27,471 nucleotides of DNA from an uncultured Gammaproteobacteria bacterium (GTDB lineage: Bacteria > Patescibacteriota > Patescibacteriia > SBBC01), in NCBI GenBank assembly GCA_964349545.1, contig CAYGGS010000001.1:1-27471 (forward strand). Direction: 5' to 3'. Position 1 is the first letter of the stretch; the number at the start of each line of letters is the position of its first letter. Under the pieces are notes generated by a model. The model was not told the DNA's origin. It saw only the letters and a list, made by a program, of their open reading frames with translations, and did not search any database. Both the position numbers and the translations under genes were made by a program. Below, piece by piece: positions 25,304 to 27,471 of this stretch.

Positions 25304-27085
25304 TCAATCGATCTGGTAGATATTGATGCTTGACCCTATTCTCATAACGGGAATTTCCTGCCAAAGCCAGTCAAAGGCTCGATCCGTTCTGAAAAGCGAA
25401 CCGACACTGATCGCGATGATGCCACGAGGCGTATCCTTTCCTTGCGCAAGGTCCCACGACGTGGGCAATGGCACTGCCTCTGGAATATAGTACGTGACTG
25501 TGGCGCGACCGTAGTAATCGAACGGGAGACGTGTAATTCCATTCTGTTGAACGAATTGTTGGAGCTTCGGCAGGTCCTGCCCCCAGTCGATGTTCGAATC
25601 GAGGAGGTACCGCGGGCCGAGCCGCATGCCGCCCACAAGACTATTGAAGTAGCCGATCTCATTAGGGTAGGCACCGATCTGGACGATCGCGAGATTGCCA
25701 GCGATGAGCATGGGAACGGTCGCGCGTGACCGTATGAGGTTGCTGCCCGGAAGTCGGGCCAGTGATCCAGCAAGAACGAATAAGAACGGGTACATCGGCA
25801 TGACATGACGCCAACCAAGGTTCAAATTGCTCGCCATGCTCACCAGAAGGAACAGCAGCGGTACGGTAGCGTAAACAAGATAAGGTAGAGGTATCTTTTT
25901 CAAGGTATCGCGAAACTTGGATGGAGGCCCTTGCGTACGAGCCTTGATAACCCAGGGGAGCACGCTCAATATTGCGAAGGCCAGCAGTGTCGGCGGCGGC
26001 GTCTTCATGATGATGGCGATGGGAAAATAATACCACCATCCGCGAGCGCTCGTATGGCCGAGAAGGTACGAATCCTGTCCGCCGATCGAATGACCGATCA
26101 CCGCGAAGACGCCCCTGAAGAAAGCATACCCTGGCACCGGGAAAGCGCTGGCGCGTTCCAACATATGGCCGATGAGCTGGCTTTTATCACCGAGCTTTGT
26201 CACCACGAAGCGCTCGAGCGGGGGAAGCATGTCAGGGTCCTTCTCCCGCAGCAGCGTCTCGCGTTGCGAGTAGAGCTGGTTGATACGCGGGTCTTCGGAA
26301 GGCCTTCTGATGTCGAATCCGTACATCCCCCATGTAACGAGCGTCATGACGGGTATCGCGACCAGTAACCACCGCCGTATCGGGCGCCACCTGATGGCCG
26401 GCAGCTCGGGATGGATCATCCGAACCAATAGGATCGTCGCGATAATGATGAGGACGAAGGGGATCGAAGAGAATTTCGATAATGCCATCAAAAGAAAAGC
26501 AACGCCGAACCAGATGCCGTTCCTCCTTGTCGGTCGCTGCAGCACCTTGATAAGGTGATAGATGCACAGGAATGCGAACGCTGTAAAACCGAGGTCGGTC
26601 GTGATATATCTGCTGTGTGCGATGATGTTCGGATCGAGGGCATAGAGCGACACGCTGAACACACCGCCCCAACGTCCGAAAAGATCGGTGCTTGCACGAA
26701 AGATCCACCATCCGAGGGCCACGCTCAGGAGCATGATGGGGATACGTCCGAGCATAAGCATGGTCTGCACGGAGAAGATGTTGTGGTACAGGAAGTGATC
26801 ACCGAACTCCCACTGATTCCATGTTGACCATGTTGGATGGTCGGTGAACGTCTTTACGGGAAGCAAAGAAATCGGTAGAGTGGCAATAAGCTTGACCAGC
26901 GGTGGGTGCTCCGGATTAAGACGAAAATCGCCGGTTTTCCAGTAGGTGACGCCTGCGGAAAGATGGACTGCCTCATCGATGATCTGCGATTCACCGAGCG
27001 AAGAGGTAAGCTCGATCACGAACATCGATAGCAGCAACAGCGCGGCAAGTGCGACAGGAACCCGTTTGTCTGATATTCTAATCAT
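25304..27085 (-). CDS. GT-C fold polyprenyl-phosphate-dependent glycosyltransferase (ArnT/PMT-like)
   Basis: Acidic loop motif IIDEAVH after TM1, LNPEHPPLVK, SRYITTD, multiple TMs, GWRHVMP, LLDSNIDWGQDL. Confidence 0.85.
   Translation of the reverse strand: MIRISDKRVPVALAALLLLSMFVIELTSSLGESQIIDEAVHLSAGVTYWKTGDFRLNPEHPPLVKLIATLPISLLPVKTFTDHPTWSTWNQWEFGDHFLYHNIFSVQTMLMLGRIPIMLLSVALGWWIFRASTDLFGRWGGVFSVSLYALDPNIIAHSRYITTDLGFTAFAFLCIYHLIKVLQRPTRRNGIWFGVAFLLMALSKFSSIPFVLIIIATILLVRMIHPELPAIRWRPIRRWLLVAIPVMTLVTWGMYGFDIRRPSEDPRINQLYSQRETLLREKDPDMLPPLERFVVTKLGDKSQLIGHMLERASAFPVPGYAFFRGVFAVIGHSIGGQDSYLLGHTSARGWWYYFPIAIIMKTPPPTLLAFAILSVLPWVIKARTQGPPSKFRDTLKKIPLPYLVYATVPLLFLLVSMASNLNLGWRHVMPMYPFLFVLAGSLARLPGSNLIRSRATVPMLIAGNLAIVQIGAYPNEIGYFNSLVGGMRLGPRYLLDSNIDWGQDLPKLQQFVQQNGITRLPFDYYGRATVTYYIPEAVPLPTSWDLAQGKDTPRGIIAISVGSLFRTDRAFDWLWQEIPVMRIGSSINIYQID
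27051..27079 (+). promoter_or_regulatory. Putative leaderless promoter embedded antisense in the 5' end of the GT-C gene
   Basis: GCGACA (27051-27056), 17-nt spacer, TGa-TATTCT (-10 at 27074-27079); ATG 27086 follows 6 nt later. Confidence 0.5.
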
Positions 27086-27451
27086 ATGCGATTAACCTCT
27101 CCGTTCAGGGGGCTCTCGAGAATACGCCAGTCGAAGGAGGCGCTTGCAATACTCGGTGCAGGGATCGCGCTCAACGCCGCACAGTGGCTGTTCTTGGCCG
27201 TCCATGTCAGGCCGCAGGCCGACCCCATCCCGCTCCATTATACCATCACCTTCGGCATCGACCGAATCGGCCCATGGTACAGTGCGTTCCTGCTGCCATT
27301 GTCAGGCACGATCATGCTCGGCATGAACATCGTGCTGACCTCGCTGACGGTCGAGCATCAACGCGTGACGGCGATGTTCATCGCGTGGCTGTCGCTGCTC
27401 ATGCAGCTGACGCTCCTTGCCGCGGCGGTATTCATCTTTAGGGCCATCTGA
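27086..27451 (+). CDS. Small three-TM membrane protein (DUF1648-like)
   Basis: 121 aa; TM, loop PIPLHYTITFGIDRIGPW, then two TMs. Confidence 0.7.
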   Translation: MRLTSPFRGLSRIRQSKEALAILGAGIALNAAQWLFLAVHVRPQADPIPLHYTITFGIDRIGPWYSAFLLPLSGTIMLGMNIVLTSLTVEHQRVTAMFIAWLSLLMQLTLLAAAVFIFRAI

Positions 27452-27471
27452 GTGCATAACGTCAACAACAC

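Overview
A densely packed, moderately GC-rich (about 55-60% by eye) chromosomal segment. It is most consistent with a Patescibacteria/CPR genome, probably Parcubacteria/ABY1-like (inference from short or absent leaders without Shine-Dalgarno sites, many ATGA overlaps, a secretin-less type IV pilus cluster, PEGA and FG-GAP-like surface proteins, and L9 being present). Gene order: membrane protein, HtrA-like PDZ protein lacking its catalytic triad, multidomain secreted S8 subtilase, GtrA, then a coupled 8-gene unit (GT2, UXS-like SDR, metK, rmlC, adenosine kinase, ahcY, rmlB, rmlD, rmlA); a PEGA protein divergent from murA-ctpA; rplI-pyrG; and on the minus strand a GT-C glycosyltransferase, pilB-pilC-pilM-pilN-pilO-small ORF and rpmA. 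No rRNA, tRNA, CRISPR or mobile element is evident. The best candidate for an undescribed system is a SAM synthesis/SAH recycling module (metK, adenosine kinase, ahcY) interleaved gene-by-gene with dTDP-rhamnose and lipid-linked sugar genes, possibly feeding a GT-C surface or pilin glycosylation system. Other notable signals: MurA with Asp at the fosfomycin-target Cys, a UXS-like enzyme lacking its catalytic Glu, apparent leaderless promoters, a face-to-face symmetric promoter pair, and abundant CGATCG. All calls come from motif recognition by eye; no searches were run.
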